From assembly GCA_037442105.1 (NCBI GenBank), contig JBBIQV010000005.1, positions 62,001 to 107,527 of the forward strand: a stretch of DNA of 45,527 nt, written 5' to 3'. The notes below the pieces were generated by a model. That model did not search any database, had not been told where the DNA came from, and saw only the letters and a program-made list of their open reading frames with translations. Made by a program: the position numbers and the translations under genes. Shown piece by piece: positions 24,830 through 35,190 of the stretch; positions within the stretch are counted from its first letter, which is position 1, and each line of letters opens with the position of its first letter. The DNA is from Nitrospiraceae bacterium (lineage in GTDB: Bacteria > Nitrospirota > Nitrospiria > Nitrospirales > Nitrospiraceae).

Positions 24830-26371
24830 TTACACGAAATACCGGCTGGTATCGAACTTGTACTCGGTATTATCGACCAAGCGGAGAATGCTATGCTTGT
24901 ATTCGCCGTCCGTGGTTTTTTCCGTGAGGTCCAGCTCCGGGCCGTCGTCGATGGGGAAGCCGGCCGGGTCGGCGATGACTTTGACATGAGGCCGTTCGGC
25001 CTGTTCCTTCTCTGCGGCCTGCTTGGTGACAACCGCCAATTCGTAGCTGTCGAGCATGACCAGACTGCCGATGGGAACGATCCCGACGCAGGTAATAAAG
25101 AGTTTCATCAGCACCGGGTCGAACGACTTCCCGCTCTTGGCGAGCATGAGCTGCAAGACCTTGGTGGGGGGAATCGGTTGCCGTCGATACACACGCGACG
25201 AGGTCATGGCGTCATAGCAGTCCGCAATCATGAGGATGCGGCCGGTCAGCGACAGTTTCCAGGGAGTGCTGAGTTTCGGATAGCCGGTGAAATCGTAGTT
25301 CATGTGATGTTCGAAAGAAGCCGCTGCCATCCGCCCAGGAAGGTTGGTGATCCCTCGCATCTGGGCCATGTTCAGCGCGCCTTCCGTCGGATGGTTTCGC
25401 ATCGCCGCCCATTCGGCTTCGGTAAATTCGCCGGGCTTGTTCAGGACCTCCATTGGAATGCTGGCCTTGCCCATGTCGTGAAAGAGCGCGGCGAGGCCGA
25501 GGTCCGCCAGCTCGACTTTGGGATATCCCGCCCGGTTGCCCAAGGCGACCGAAAGGAGCGCCACGTTTACGGAGTGGTTATGCGTGTACTGGTCGTGGCA
25601 TCGCAGGGTCGTGAGTCCGAGCAGCGTGGCTTCGTCGTGCATCATGAGGTCCACAATGTTCTGGATGGCGCGCTTGGCCTGCTTGAAGGCAAGTCTGCTC
25701 CCTTCTCTTGATGCCTGGACAACCTCGCCGACTGCCGCTGCCGCTTTGGTATAGCCACGTTTCGCTACAGCTTTGCGCTTCGAGCTAGCCGAGTCATCCG
25801 GTTCCTTTACCTGCAACACCCGTGGTTCTTCCAGCTCGATGCCGTGGACTCCACGCGCCTGCAACTCCTGGCGCAATTCGTCTAGAGACTTGGTTTCCGT
25901 ATCGATGCTGACGAACAGGTGCGCGAACTCGCGCAGATCTTTGGGTTCCACTGTCTTGGCGAACGAGATGCCGCCGATCTTCCATGTGTTGAGTACATCG
26001 ATGATGCTTGAGAAGACGGCCATTTGTTGGGCGTTGACCTTCAGGTAGTTGTCTCCCAGGAACAGAAAGTTATTCTGGAGACGTAAGACGACCGGCTTGT
26101 CATAAGCGAGGGTCTTGATCAGCGTCAGCATGGCCTCCACGGGCTTGTCCAGTGCCGAATTGGTACGGCCATGAATACGCGAAGTCTTAATGAGTACGTT
26201 GAGCTGGGTAATCAGTTGCGTCCCCAGCATAATGATTTGCTGATCGAGGATGTCCCCAGCTTCCGACCCCTTGGCGATCTTTTGAGCGAAGGACTGCTCG
26301 TGGGTGAGGATCGGCTGGGTCTGGCCTTCCGGCGCGACGGTCGGATTCGCGGCGGGCGTGGGTTCGGTCAC
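24830..26371 (-). CDS. HD-GYP cyclic-dinucleotide phosphodiesterase with N-terminal domain of unknown function
   Basis: YTHNHSVNV, LFHDMGK, LNKPG, EHHMNYDFTGYP, ADCYDAMTSSRVYR; AAGGAG RBS with GTG start. Confidence 0.9.
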   Translation of the reverse strand: MTEPTPAANPTVAPEGQTQPILTHEQSFAQKIAKGSEAGDILDQQIIMLGTQLITQLNVLIKTSRIHGRTNSALDKPVEAMLTLIKTLAYDKPVVLRLQNNFLFLGDNYLKVNAQQMAVFSSIIDVLNTWKIGGISFAKTVEPKDLREFAHLFVSIDTETKSLDELRQELQARGVHGIELEEPRVLQVKEPDDSASSKRKAVAKRGYTKAAAAVGEVVQASREGSRLAFKQAKRAIQNIVDLMMHDEATLLGLTTLRCHDQYTHNHSVNVALLSVALGNRAGYPKVELADLGLAALFHDMGKASIPMEVLNKPGEFTEAEWAAMRNHPTEGALNMAQMRGITNLPGRMAAASFEHHMNYDFTGYPKLSTPWKLSLTGRILMIADCYDAMTSSRVYRRQPIPPTKVLQLMLAKSGKSFDPVLMKLFITCVGIVPIGSLVMLDSYELAVVTKQAAEKEQAERPHVKVIADPAGFPIDDGPELDLTEKTTDGEYKHSILRLVDNTEYKFDTSRYFV

Positions 26372-26381
26372 GGTCGTCTCC

Positions 26382-28175
26382 TTATTGCTGGCCGATGGCA
26401 GGTTGGTTCATGCGTTGCTGACGAGCGGCCATAGCCAGTGCGGCGACACAGGCCCTTCGTACCGTTGTGCTGCCCTTTTTCTGTCCGATATCGAGCGCCG
26501 CCAATGCCGCCGGCGAACCGAGTTTGCCGAGCGTATCGGCGGCCAACACGGCAAGGTCTTCTCGTTTCTGACGGTTGGTCCACGACCATTCGGTGAAGAG
26601 ACTTTGCCAGTAGGGTACCGCTTCATCGCCGGCCGTCTGACGCATGGCCTGGAATACGGCGCGCTTTTCCGACGGCGTACGGTCGTGGAATTCTTCGGCG
26701 GTGACGAGCGGCGACCAGACGCTGAAAGGGATGGCGTAGTGCCCGTTCATCAACAGCTTTAACGTTGCGAGCCGGACCGGCTCATCCGGGTCATTGAGCA
26801 ACCCGACGAACTTGGTGCCGTTCCCGCTGGGGCGCAGGCTGCCCAACGTGCGAATGGCGTCCTTCCGCACCTGTGCGTCGGGATAACGCAGGATCTTCTC
26901 GACCCCATCCGCAAGCCGCGGGTTGTTCCAGCGAGCGATGATGGATAACAAATTTCGCACATACAGCGGGCGACGGTCCAACAGGCCTTTGAGGATCGGT
27001 TCCGGCGTATCTTTAGCCAGGGTGAACAGAGCCTCGCACAAGATGGCTTGGTGCGTCGGACTTTCGAGGGTTGCGAGCAGGGCGCAGAGGGCCGGCACGG
27101 CTTCGGGTTTCATCGATAAGAGCAACGTCGGCAGTCCTGTGGTGTTTGCGCTGGGTGTGCGGTTGAGGTAGGTTTCGATGAGTTTGATCCGTTCCGGCCG
27201 TCCGAGGCTGTCGGCGAGGCCGGCCAATTGTTGCTTGTGCTGCTCCGACAGATTAGGCCGGACCGCCTCCGTTTCATGCAAGAGGCTGAGGACCGTTTCA
27301 AGCACGGTCCAGTTCCCTTGGCGGGTCAATGATTCGAGAACACTGTCGAATACCTCGAACAACTTTGTCAGCAGTGCAGGGGTTTGTTCAGAGGCCAGGA
27401 TGGCCGTCAAGATGTCGAGCACGTATATCGTGCTATCGCGAGATGATTCGGCTTCGATCTCCTTAGCCAGCGTGGCCAGCTCCTCAGCCGAGACCTCATA
27501 CCCGACGAGATCGGCTCGGAAGCGAGCTGCCTTTCCCGTTGTTCCCGTGGCGGTCCCGCCATCGGCCGTGTGACGCGCCCGCTCGCGATCCAGCAACTCC
27601 CGAAGAGACGAGGCTGGGGCATCCATCACGCTGTTGATCTGGGGCGACAACACGTCCTGGATCCCGGCCCCTGAGGCTTTGGCAATCTCTTCGGCCGTCA
27701 CGATGGTGATCGTGGACAGGTTCTTGGACCAGAGACGGGTGACGAGGTCGTCGTCACTCTCTTCGTCGGTGGTGCTGCTCCACAGCGCATCGAGGAAGAA
27801 CATCAAGTCGTCTTTGGTGAGTCCATCGTGGAAGGTCAGCTCGCGGATTCCGTCGGCGTAAAGCTTAAAGGCGAAGTTTTCGCCGGCCGCTTCGTCCTGC
27901 GTCTGGTAGACGATGTCTTCCTTGAAAGACAGTTCGGACCGTTGCACGAGAAAGCCCAGTTGGCCGTACGTACCGAGGTGTTTGGTCAATTCTTCGTGGA
28001 ATTGTTGGAAGAACTTCTGGGCGACGGGGTTGTTGGGGCCGTAGGTGCGGGTCGACTTCGAGGTCTTATCGAGCAGGCGGAGGAGCTGCTTGACCGACGT
28101 GGTTTCGGGGCTGGTTGCCTCTTTGGCGGCGGTCGCCGCGGCCATCATTTCCTGTGCCGTCTTGAGATCAGCCAT
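26382..28175 (-). CDS. HEAT-repeat protein
   Basis: C-terminal HEAT/PBS repeats (YVRNLL, DAQVRKDAIRTLG, DPDEPVRLATL); co-oriented, 10 bp from the HD-GYP gene. Confidence 0.85.
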   Translation of the reverse strand: MADLKTAQEMMAAATAAKEATSPETTSVKQLLRLLDKTSKSTRTYGPNNPVAQKFFQQFHEELTKHLGTYGQLGFLVQRSELSFKEDIVYQTQDEAAGENFAFKLYADGIRELTFHDGLTKDDLMFFLDALWSSTTDEESDDDLVTRLWSKNLSTITIVTAEEIAKASGAGIQDVLSPQINSVMDAPASSLRELLDRERARHTADGGTATGTTGKAARFRADLVGYEVSAEELATLAKEIEAESSRDSTIYVLDILTAILASEQTPALLTKLFEVFDSVLESLTRQGNWTVLETVLSLLHETEAVRPNLSEQHKQQLAGLADSLGRPERIKLIETYLNRTPSANTTGLPTLLLSMKPEAVPALCALLATLESPTHQAILCEALFTLAKDTPEPILKGLLDRRPLYVRNLLSIIARWNNPRLADGVEKILRYPDAQVRKDAIRTLGSLRPSGNGTKFVGLLNDPDEPVRLATLKLLMNGHYAIPFSVWSPLVTAEEFHDRTPSEKRAVFQAMRQTAGDEAVPYWQSLFTEWSWTNRQKREDLAVLAADTLGKLGSPAALAALDIGQKKGSTTVRRACVAALAMAARQQRMNQPAIGQQ

Positions 28176-28342
28176 ATGAGGTACTCGTACCTTGGCACCC
28201 CCGGTTCGTCAACAAAATTGCCGTTCTTCACCGCGTGATGCGGCATGGAAATTCCCCCGGCGGCAGCGCGGTCTGCCCCACATTGTCAGCGTTTGGCATA
28301 AGGCAGTAGAATTCAGCGGATGATTCAACCTCTGTTATCGCT

Positions 28343-28984
28343 ATGACGACACCAACACCGTTGATCGTCTGTTTCGGGGACAGTCTCACGGCAGGATTTC
28401 AATCGCCGAGTCCTGAATGCCCGCATGGTTGCGAGACGCCCTATGGGCAGTTTCTTCAGGATCGTCTCGGCTCGGCAGCCCGCGTTACCGTCAGTGGGAT
28501 ATGCGGGGAGTTAACGGGGGAGATGACCATGCGGTTTCGCCGTGATGTGCTCGATCGCCGGCCGGCCTTCGTCGTGATCCTGGGAGGTACAAACGATCTC
28601 GGTTGGAACGCTCATCCGCGGGACATCATGCGCAACCTGGTGCAAATGTACGAACAGGCCTTTGCGGCCCATGTCCAGCCTGTTCTGGTGACGGTGCCAT
28701 CGTTGCGGGTTGCGGGCGAGTTGGGAGACGGGGAGGGGGAGCGGTGGCTTGCTGATCACCTTTCCCGCCGGCAGGTCTTGAATCGGTTGATCCGCAACTA
28801 TGCCGGCTCGAAGCAGCTCCCTTATCTCGATCTGTTCGAGGCCACCGCTGAGCCTGGAACTCTTCAGTTGGCTGCCGCCTATTCGAATGACGGGCTGCAC
28901 CTGACCACGGGCGGGTACCGTCTCATCGCCACGCTTCTGTACGAGCAGGTGTTTGCGTCCCGCTTTCCCTTGCCTGCGTCATAG
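28343..28984 (+). CDS. SGNH/GDSL hydrolase
   Basis: FGDSLTAG, GGTND, DGLH. Confidence 0.92.
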   Translation: MTTPTPLIVCFGDSLTAGFQSPSPECPHGCETPYGQFLQDRLGSAARVTVSGICGELTGEMTMRFRRDVLDRRPAFVVILGGTNDLGWNAHPRDIMRNLVQMYEQAFAAHVQPVLVTVPSLRVAGELGDGEGERWLADHLSRRQVLNRLIRNYAGSKQLPYLDLFEATAEPGTLQLAAAYSNDGLHLTTGGYRLIATLLYEQVFASRFPLPAS

Positions 28985-30484
28985 CACCCGCCACGCGCGT
29001 CCGTCGTTCTGGATCAGTCTGTCCGCTTCGACAGGCCCCCAACTGCCGGCGGCGTATTCCGGTAACCACTTCGTGCCGAAGGCTTGCCAGCCTTCCAGAA
29101 TCGGCGTAATCCAGGCCCAGGAGGCTTCTACTGCGTCGCGGCGCATGAAGAGCGACGCGTCGCCCGCCATCACGTCCAACAAAAGCCGTTCGTACGCTTC
29201 GGGTGATGGGGCGTTGAAGGTATCGCCATACTTGAAATCCAATTCGACCGGATGAGTTCTGGCACGGCTCCCGGGGACTTTCGACACCATCCGCAGCGAC
29301 ATGCCCTCTTCCGGCTGGATCCGTAGGGTCAAGACGTTCGGCGGCTGTGGCGAGGTGGGATCGCTGTTAAAGAGAATCTGAGGAATCTCTTTGAACTGGA
29401 CGGCCACTTCGCTCGCCCGTTTCTGGAGCGCTTTGCCCGTTCGTAGATAAAACGGCACACCCGCCCAGCGCCAGTTATCGAGAAAGAGCTTGAGCGCGAC
29501 GTAGGTTTCGGTTGTGGAGTCGGGGCGTATGCCGGCCTCACGGCGATAGCCGGGGACCTCGATACCGTTTACGACGGCCGGGCTGTATTGGGCACGGACG
29601 GAGAATCGTTCGACGTCCTTACCCGTGATTGGCCGCAAGCAGCGGAGGACATCGATCCGGGCGTTCCGGACCACGTTCGGCTCCAGTGAGTAAGGGGGCT
29701 CCATCGCCACAAGGCAGAGCAGTTGCAAGAGGTGGTTTTGAACCATGTCCCGCAATGCGCCGCTCTCCTCGTAGTAGGTTGCGCGCGTGCCGACGCCCTC
29801 GGCTTCGCTCACCGTGATCTGCACGTGATCGATATATTTGTGGTTCCAGATCGGTTCCAGGATGCTGTTCGCGAACCGCAGCACCATGAGGTTCTGCACA
29901 GTCTCTTTGCCGAGGTAGTGATCGATGCGGAAGATTTGGGACTCGTCGAACACCTTCCCGATCGTCGCATTGATCTCCTGGGCCGACTGTAGGTCACGGC
30001 CGATCGGCTTCTCGACGATCACGCGGCAGAAAGGCTGCGAACTGCCCGGCGGAGACACCAGGCCGGCGCGTTGCAGACCTTCGCAGGCCGAGGCAAAGGA
30101 TGTGGGGGGAATGGCCAGATAATAAATGCGGTTGCCGGGCAGTCCCAAATCCGCTTCCAGTTTCTCGACCCGTACTTTGATCGCGTTGTACAGAGCCGAA
30201 TCATCCATCGAGCCGGCCAGGTAAAAGAGGTGTCGTTCGAAATCGGCCCATTTCTGCTGGTCCAGAGCTTGTCGGGAATATTTCATGACGCCATTGCGCG
30301 CGTTTTCCCGGAATTCCTCGTCGCTGTGCGTTTTCCGTCCAAGACCGAGGACGGAAAATGTTGAGGGCAGAGTTCCGTCCAGCATCAGGTTGTAGAGGGC
30401 GGGGATTAGCTTGCGCTTGGCAAGATCACCCGAGCCTCCGAAGATGACGAGCGTGCAGGGATCCGGCGGTGTGGGCTGTCCCAT
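28979..30484 (-). CDS. zwf: Glucose-6-phosphate dehydrogenase
   Basis: GGSGDLAKRKL, EKPIG, RIDHYLGKE, DMVQNH, RWAGVPFYLRTGK. Confidence 0.98.
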   Translation of the reverse strand: MGQPTPPDPCTLVIFGGSGDLAKRKLIPALYNLMLDGTLPSTFSVLGLGRKTHSDEEFRENARNGVMKYSRQALDQQKWADFERHLFYLAGSMDDSALYNAIKVRVEKLEADLGLPGNRIYYLAIPPTSFASACEGLQRAGLVSPPGSSQPFCRVIVEKPIGRDLQSAQEINATIGKVFDESQIFRIDHYLGKETVQNLMVLRFANSILEPIWNHKYIDHVQITVSEAEGVGTRATYYEESGALRDMVQNHLLQLLCLVAMEPPYSLEPNVVRNARIDVLRCLRPITGKDVERFSVRAQYSPAVVNGIEVPGYRREAGIRPDSTTETYVALKLFLDNWRWAGVPFYLRTGKALQKRASEVAVQFKEIPQILFNSDPTSPQPPNVLTLRIQPEEGMSLRMVSKVPGSRARTHPVELDFKYGDTFNAPSPEAYERLLLDVMAGDASLFMRRDAVEASWAWITPILEGWQAFGTKWLPEYAAGSWGPVEADRLIQNDGRAWRVL

Positions 30485-30511
30485 GAGCAGGGAGCCTTTC
30501 TGCGTGAGCGG

Positions 30512-31405
<894 letters not shown>

Positions 31406-31633
31406 GGCGGTCCTCTCTGTCCCCTACTGACCGAGGCGGGGATGATGTGGTGTGATCCGTTCCCGTCGAGCGGTGGAGCAACACATGCGCTTCCATTCTA
31501 GCACAACGGCGCACTCCTTCCCGGTCGGTCGGGAGGGGGAGCCGATACCCGACAAGTTCCGGGTGTAGGAGCGCCCCTCCACGAATGAAGGAGTCGGTCA
31601 AGACAATCTCTGGTGTTCCGTGTCGCCGGGCGT

Positions 31634-32419
31634 TCAATCCACCCTGGCAGGATTCGGGATGTCCTTAAAGAGTAAATCGGCAAGTTGCCGGCCAAAGTTG
31701 AGCCGTTCTGAAAGATTCGGGGCGGAGAGAAACCGGCTGGTCAGTTCGCCCAATGCGGGGTCTCGAGACGCGATGAACCGTAAGACGTCCGCCGGGGCGG
31801 TCAGCCAGAATCCACGCAAACGGAAAAAGGCGCTGAGGCAGTCGTCGAAGAAGACATTGAGGAGATAGAAGGCTGATGCCGGACGATCGAACAAGTCTTC
31901 CGCCTTACCGAGCCAGTGCAAGCACTCGGCCTTCATGCGGATCTGTTCATTAAGGCTGGCGGGCGGTGGGCCCTGCCTGAACCGGTGGTTAGCCTTCTCG
32001 ATGAGCTTGGCGCTGATCCCCTCGTGGTCAAACAGGATGCGTCCTTTGCGGAGGAGCGGAGGCAGCCGAGGAGAGAGGGCGAGTTCCTCCTCCACGGCCT
32101 TGTGTCCTCGGTACCGGATGTCCGCCAGACGGTCGGCGATGCGGACAATCTCATGGCCTTCGGCCTGTCCCTTGATGAGGGCGATCAGGTCGACGTCGCT
32201 ATGCGGCGTGACCGCGTGCCTGGTTCCGGACCCCACGAGAATGACTCCGACAAGATCGCCACCCCGTTTGCCACGGATGTGACGGAGGGCGACCGCCACC
32301 GCATCATCAAAACCGGGCGCTTCGGCGAGCTCGGGCTGCTCCGGTGGTTCCGGCACGTCCACGAGTTCGGCATTGAGCTCTTCTCTCGTCGGCAACGGTG
32401 CGGTGATGTCGGGTTCCAT
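31634..32419 (-). CDS. Nucleotidyltransferase-domain protein (Pol-beta superfamily) with helical C-terminal domain
   Basis: ILVGSGTRHAVTPHSDVDL (GS...DxD), GRILFD; ATG overlaps the upstream stop (TGATG). Confidence 0.75.
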   Translation of the reverse strand: MEPDITAPLPTREELNAELVDVPEPPEQPELAEAPGFDDAVAVALRHIRGKRGGDLVGVILVGSGTRHAVTPHSDVDLIALIKGQAEGHEIVRIADRLADIRYRGHKAVEEELALSPRLPPLLRKGRILFDHEGISAKLIEKANHRFRQGPPPASLNEQIRMKAECLHWLGKAEDLFDRPASAFYLLNVFFDDCLSAFFRLRGFWLTAPADVLRFIASRDPALGELTSRFLSAPNLSERLNFGRQLADLLFKDIPNPARVD

Positions 32420-32646
32420 CAGGGGCCTTGTGTTTTCCGGATCTCTGCTGGGAGCGACGCCAGCCATTCCCCGAAGGGCTGATCCGCATCGACCACAATT
32501 TCCAGGTTTCCATTCGAGAGCGTGCGGACTGCACCTGGACTCTCAGGAGAAAGAGGAATCTCCACCCTCTTGCGGTGGAGTCCCAAAGAGTCGGTCACAT
32601 CGAGGATTTGTCCGATCTGTTTGAAGGACAGGGCTTGCAGCGTCAT
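32419..32646 (-). CDS. Hypothetical protein (75 aa)
   Basis: Translationally coupled to the nucleotidyltransferase; promoter TTGACA-N18-TAGAAT at 32710-32681. Confidence 0.7.
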   Translation of the reverse strand: MTLQALSFKQIGQILDVTDSLGLHRKRVEIPLSPESPGAVRTLSNGNLEIVVDADQPFGEWLASLPAEIRKTQGP

Positions 32647-32720
32647 AGTCGCCCGGCCGCGCGACACAGCAGCCAACGGCATTCTAAAGAGCGAGGCGAG
32701 AGAGTGTCAACGCCGGCGAG

Positions 32721-33752
32721 TTAGCGCGACAGGACGTGCGCGATGATTTCGCCGGCCCGTTCGATATCCTGCGCCGAGATGTCGAGGTGCGTGACGGCGC
32801 GGAAGCTTGCACCGCCGATCGCGCTGAGCCGCACGTCTTCGTGCGCAAGCGCGGCGACGATTTCCGCCGGAGTCAAACGATGACCCACTATCTGGAAGAT
32901 GATGATATTGGTCTCCACGTGGTCCACGTTAATGCGCACACAGGGAATTTGGCGAAGGAGCTGCGCGAGACGCCGGGCATTGTCGTGGTCTGCTCGCAAT
33001 CGCGCGATATTGTGTTCGAGAGCGTAGATGCCGGCGGCCGCCAGGATGCCGGCTTGACGCATCGCGCCTCCGTACATCCGGCGGAATCGGCGGAGCTTGT
33101 CGAAGACCGCAGTGTTGTCGGTGGCCAGCAGCGTGCCTGCCGGAGCCCCGAGTCCTTTCGACAGGCAGAACGACACCGTGTCGAAGTGGCGGGCGTACTC
33201 GACCGCCGACACCCCGCTGGCGACGACGGCGTTAAACAGCCGTGCGCCATCGAGGTGCATGGGAATTCCATGCTTGGTCGCGACTGCGTGAATCTGCTCG
33301 ATAGTTGCCAGCGGATACATAGACCCACCGCCGCGGTTTGAGGTGTTCTCGATACAGAGAAGACCGGTCTGAATCAGATGGATGTCTTTGGGTCGAATCG
33401 CCGCCTCGACCTGCTCCGGTTGCATGATGCCGCGCTCAGCGACGACCCAATGGAGCTGGACGCCGGACAACGCTCCTGCGGCGCCCTGCTCATACTGCAC
33501 GATATGGGACTTGCTCTCGACGATCACTTCCTGTCCCGGCTGAGTTTGGACTCGGATGGCGAGCTGGTTCCCCATCGTTCCCGAAGGGACGAAGAGCGCC
33601 GCCGCCTTGCCGACCAGCGCGGCGCCCATCTCCTGCAAGCGGTTGACGGTAGGATCTTCCCCATAGACATCGTCCCCGACCGGTGCGCGTGCCATAACCG
33701 CGCGCATCTCGTCCGACGGTTTGGTGACGGTGTCGCTTCGCAAATCGATCAT
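32721..33752 (-). CDS. ltaE: Low-specificity L-threonine aldolase
   Basis: [54 protein letters not shown]. Confidence 0.95.
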   Translation of the reverse strand: MIDLRSDTVTKPSDEMRAVMARAPVGDDVYGEDPTVNRLQEMGAALVGKAAALFVPSGTMGNQLAIRVQTQPGQEVIVESKSHIVQYEQGAAGALSGVQLHWVVAERGIMQPEQVEAAIRPKDIHLIQTGLLCIENTSNRGGGSMYPLATIEQIHAVATKHGIPMHLDGARLFNAVVASGVSAVEYARHFDTVSFCLSKGLGAPAGTLLATDNTAVFDKLRRFRRMYGGAMRQAGILAAAGIYALEHNIARLRADHDNARRLAQLLRQIPCVRINVDHVETNIIIFQIVGHRLTPAEIVAALAHEDVRLSAIGGASFRAVTHLDISAQDIERAGEIIAHVLSR

Positions 33753-33760
33753 GGGAAGAG

Positions 33761-35017
33761 TTACTCGGTCGCTAATCGTTCTTTCTCGAAATCACGCGCG
33801 TCTTCAAATTTGTAGTTCTGCTTATTCAGCACCGGATAGATCGAAAAGATCGGTGTGTTGAAAGGCACGAAGGCGCTGTCGCTGCCGGCCGGCAACTGTA
33901 CATGCATATTGACGAAATTGAAGCTGAGGCCGTCCTGCCAGGGCTGTCGGTTCGAGGGGGCATAAGCGTGAATTTTCTCCGTGGCGTAGGAGCGAGTGAG
34001 CAGTCCCGCGCCCCCTTGGAGCCCGTATTCGTGGATGTCGGGTGCGCCTTGGATCAGCAGCGACATGGCATCCGCGTCGAACCAGACTTTGAAGTTGCAA
34101 ACGAGCTGGATAAACGGCCCCAGGGAGTGAGAACCATCGAGGAAGGCGCGCGGCAATCCGATCTCCATTGGGACATCCTCCGGCAGCGCGCGATTCACCT
34201 GGCCTAACTCCCGTTCCTTCACCGGTGACACGGAGACGAACAGCAGATTCGGATCATCCATGCCGATATCCACCACTTGATCGTCGTAGTAGCTGACCAG
34301 CTTGCCCAACTCATAGCGCAAGGGGAATGAGTAGCCCATTTTCGCGTACCAGATTCGCAGGCCCGCTTCGAGCGGATCGTCCGGCCTACGTGCGATCTTC
34401 AGATCGAAGGGCAGCATCAGATGGGTGGCGCTGGACCTCACGGCCATGAATGGCGCACAGGCGCCGGCAAATTCTTTCTGCACGGTTGGATTATCCGGCT
34501 CAAACTTACGCGATTGGCTGGTGAAGTGCTGCGCCGATTTGGCTTGATTCGTCAGCTTGTACTTGTTCTGGTAGTAGGCTGACGCCCGCTGTTGTGCAGT
34601 CTTGAGGAAATAGTCAGGCAGATCGGTTTCAACAATAATGCGGTGCCGATCCTGAGCCTGAGAGGGAGCCGTGCGCTGCGCCCGCATTGCCTCGTTATAG
34701 ATGTCGAGTTCCGCTGCCGTCTTTTGAATGTCGCGGGCAATGTGTTGGGAGAGCTCTGGATCGAAGAATTGTGTGCGGCGTAAGACTTGTTGCGCCTTCT
34801 GCAGACATTCCAACTTGTGCGTGTAACGTTTCGGCTCAGCCATGAAGGTGTCGGCGGTGGCCATATAGAGGTTGAACTGTTCCTCCGGCGTCAACCCGAG
34901 TTGATCGAGATCCTGTTCCCGGATGAACGTGATCGCCATCGGCCCGAACGCTTCTTCCTTCCGGATGCACAGTGTCATCAGATAATTGTAGTGAGAGCGA
35001 GCTTCTTGCGGCGTCAT
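33761..35017 (-). CDS. Hypothetical protein; helical N-terminus, DUF6065/dUTPase-like C-terminal domain possible
   Basis: Long ORF co-oriented with lta[24 protein letters not shown] and [10 protein letters not shown]. Confidence 0.75.
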   Translation of the reverse strand: MTPQEARSHYNYLMTLCIRKEEAFGPMAITFIREQDLDQLGLTPEEQFNLYMATADTFMAEPKRYTHKLECLQKAQQVLRRTQFFDPELSQHIARDIQKTAAELDIYNEAMRAQRTAPSQAQDRHRIIVETDLPDYFLKTAQQRASAYYQNKYKLTNQAKSAQHFTSQSRKFEPDNPTVQKEFAGACAPFMAVRSSATHLMLPFDLKIARRPDDPLEAGLRIWYAKMGYSFPLRYELGKLVSYYDDQVVDIGMDDPNLLFVSVSPVKERELGQVNRALPEDVPMEIGLPRAFLDGSHSLGPFIQLVCNFKVWFDADAMSLLIQGAPDIHEYGLQGGAGLLTRSYATEKIHAYAPSNRQPWQDGLSFNFVNMHVQLPAGSDSAFVPFNTPIFSIYPVLNKQNYKFEDARDFEKERLATE

Positions 35018-35190
35018 AGAATTCCTCGTGAATTGAGGGCATTCTAAGGGAGGGAGAAGGAAGGGAACAAGCCCCGCCTTCTTTACTGTCCGAAAAACCC
35101 CATGCTATAAATCAACGTCACGCGTGATGAGCGATCAGTGGCGAGATTCCTGAAAGAACGTTTCATGCTTCACATTGAGCGAGGCTAAGA

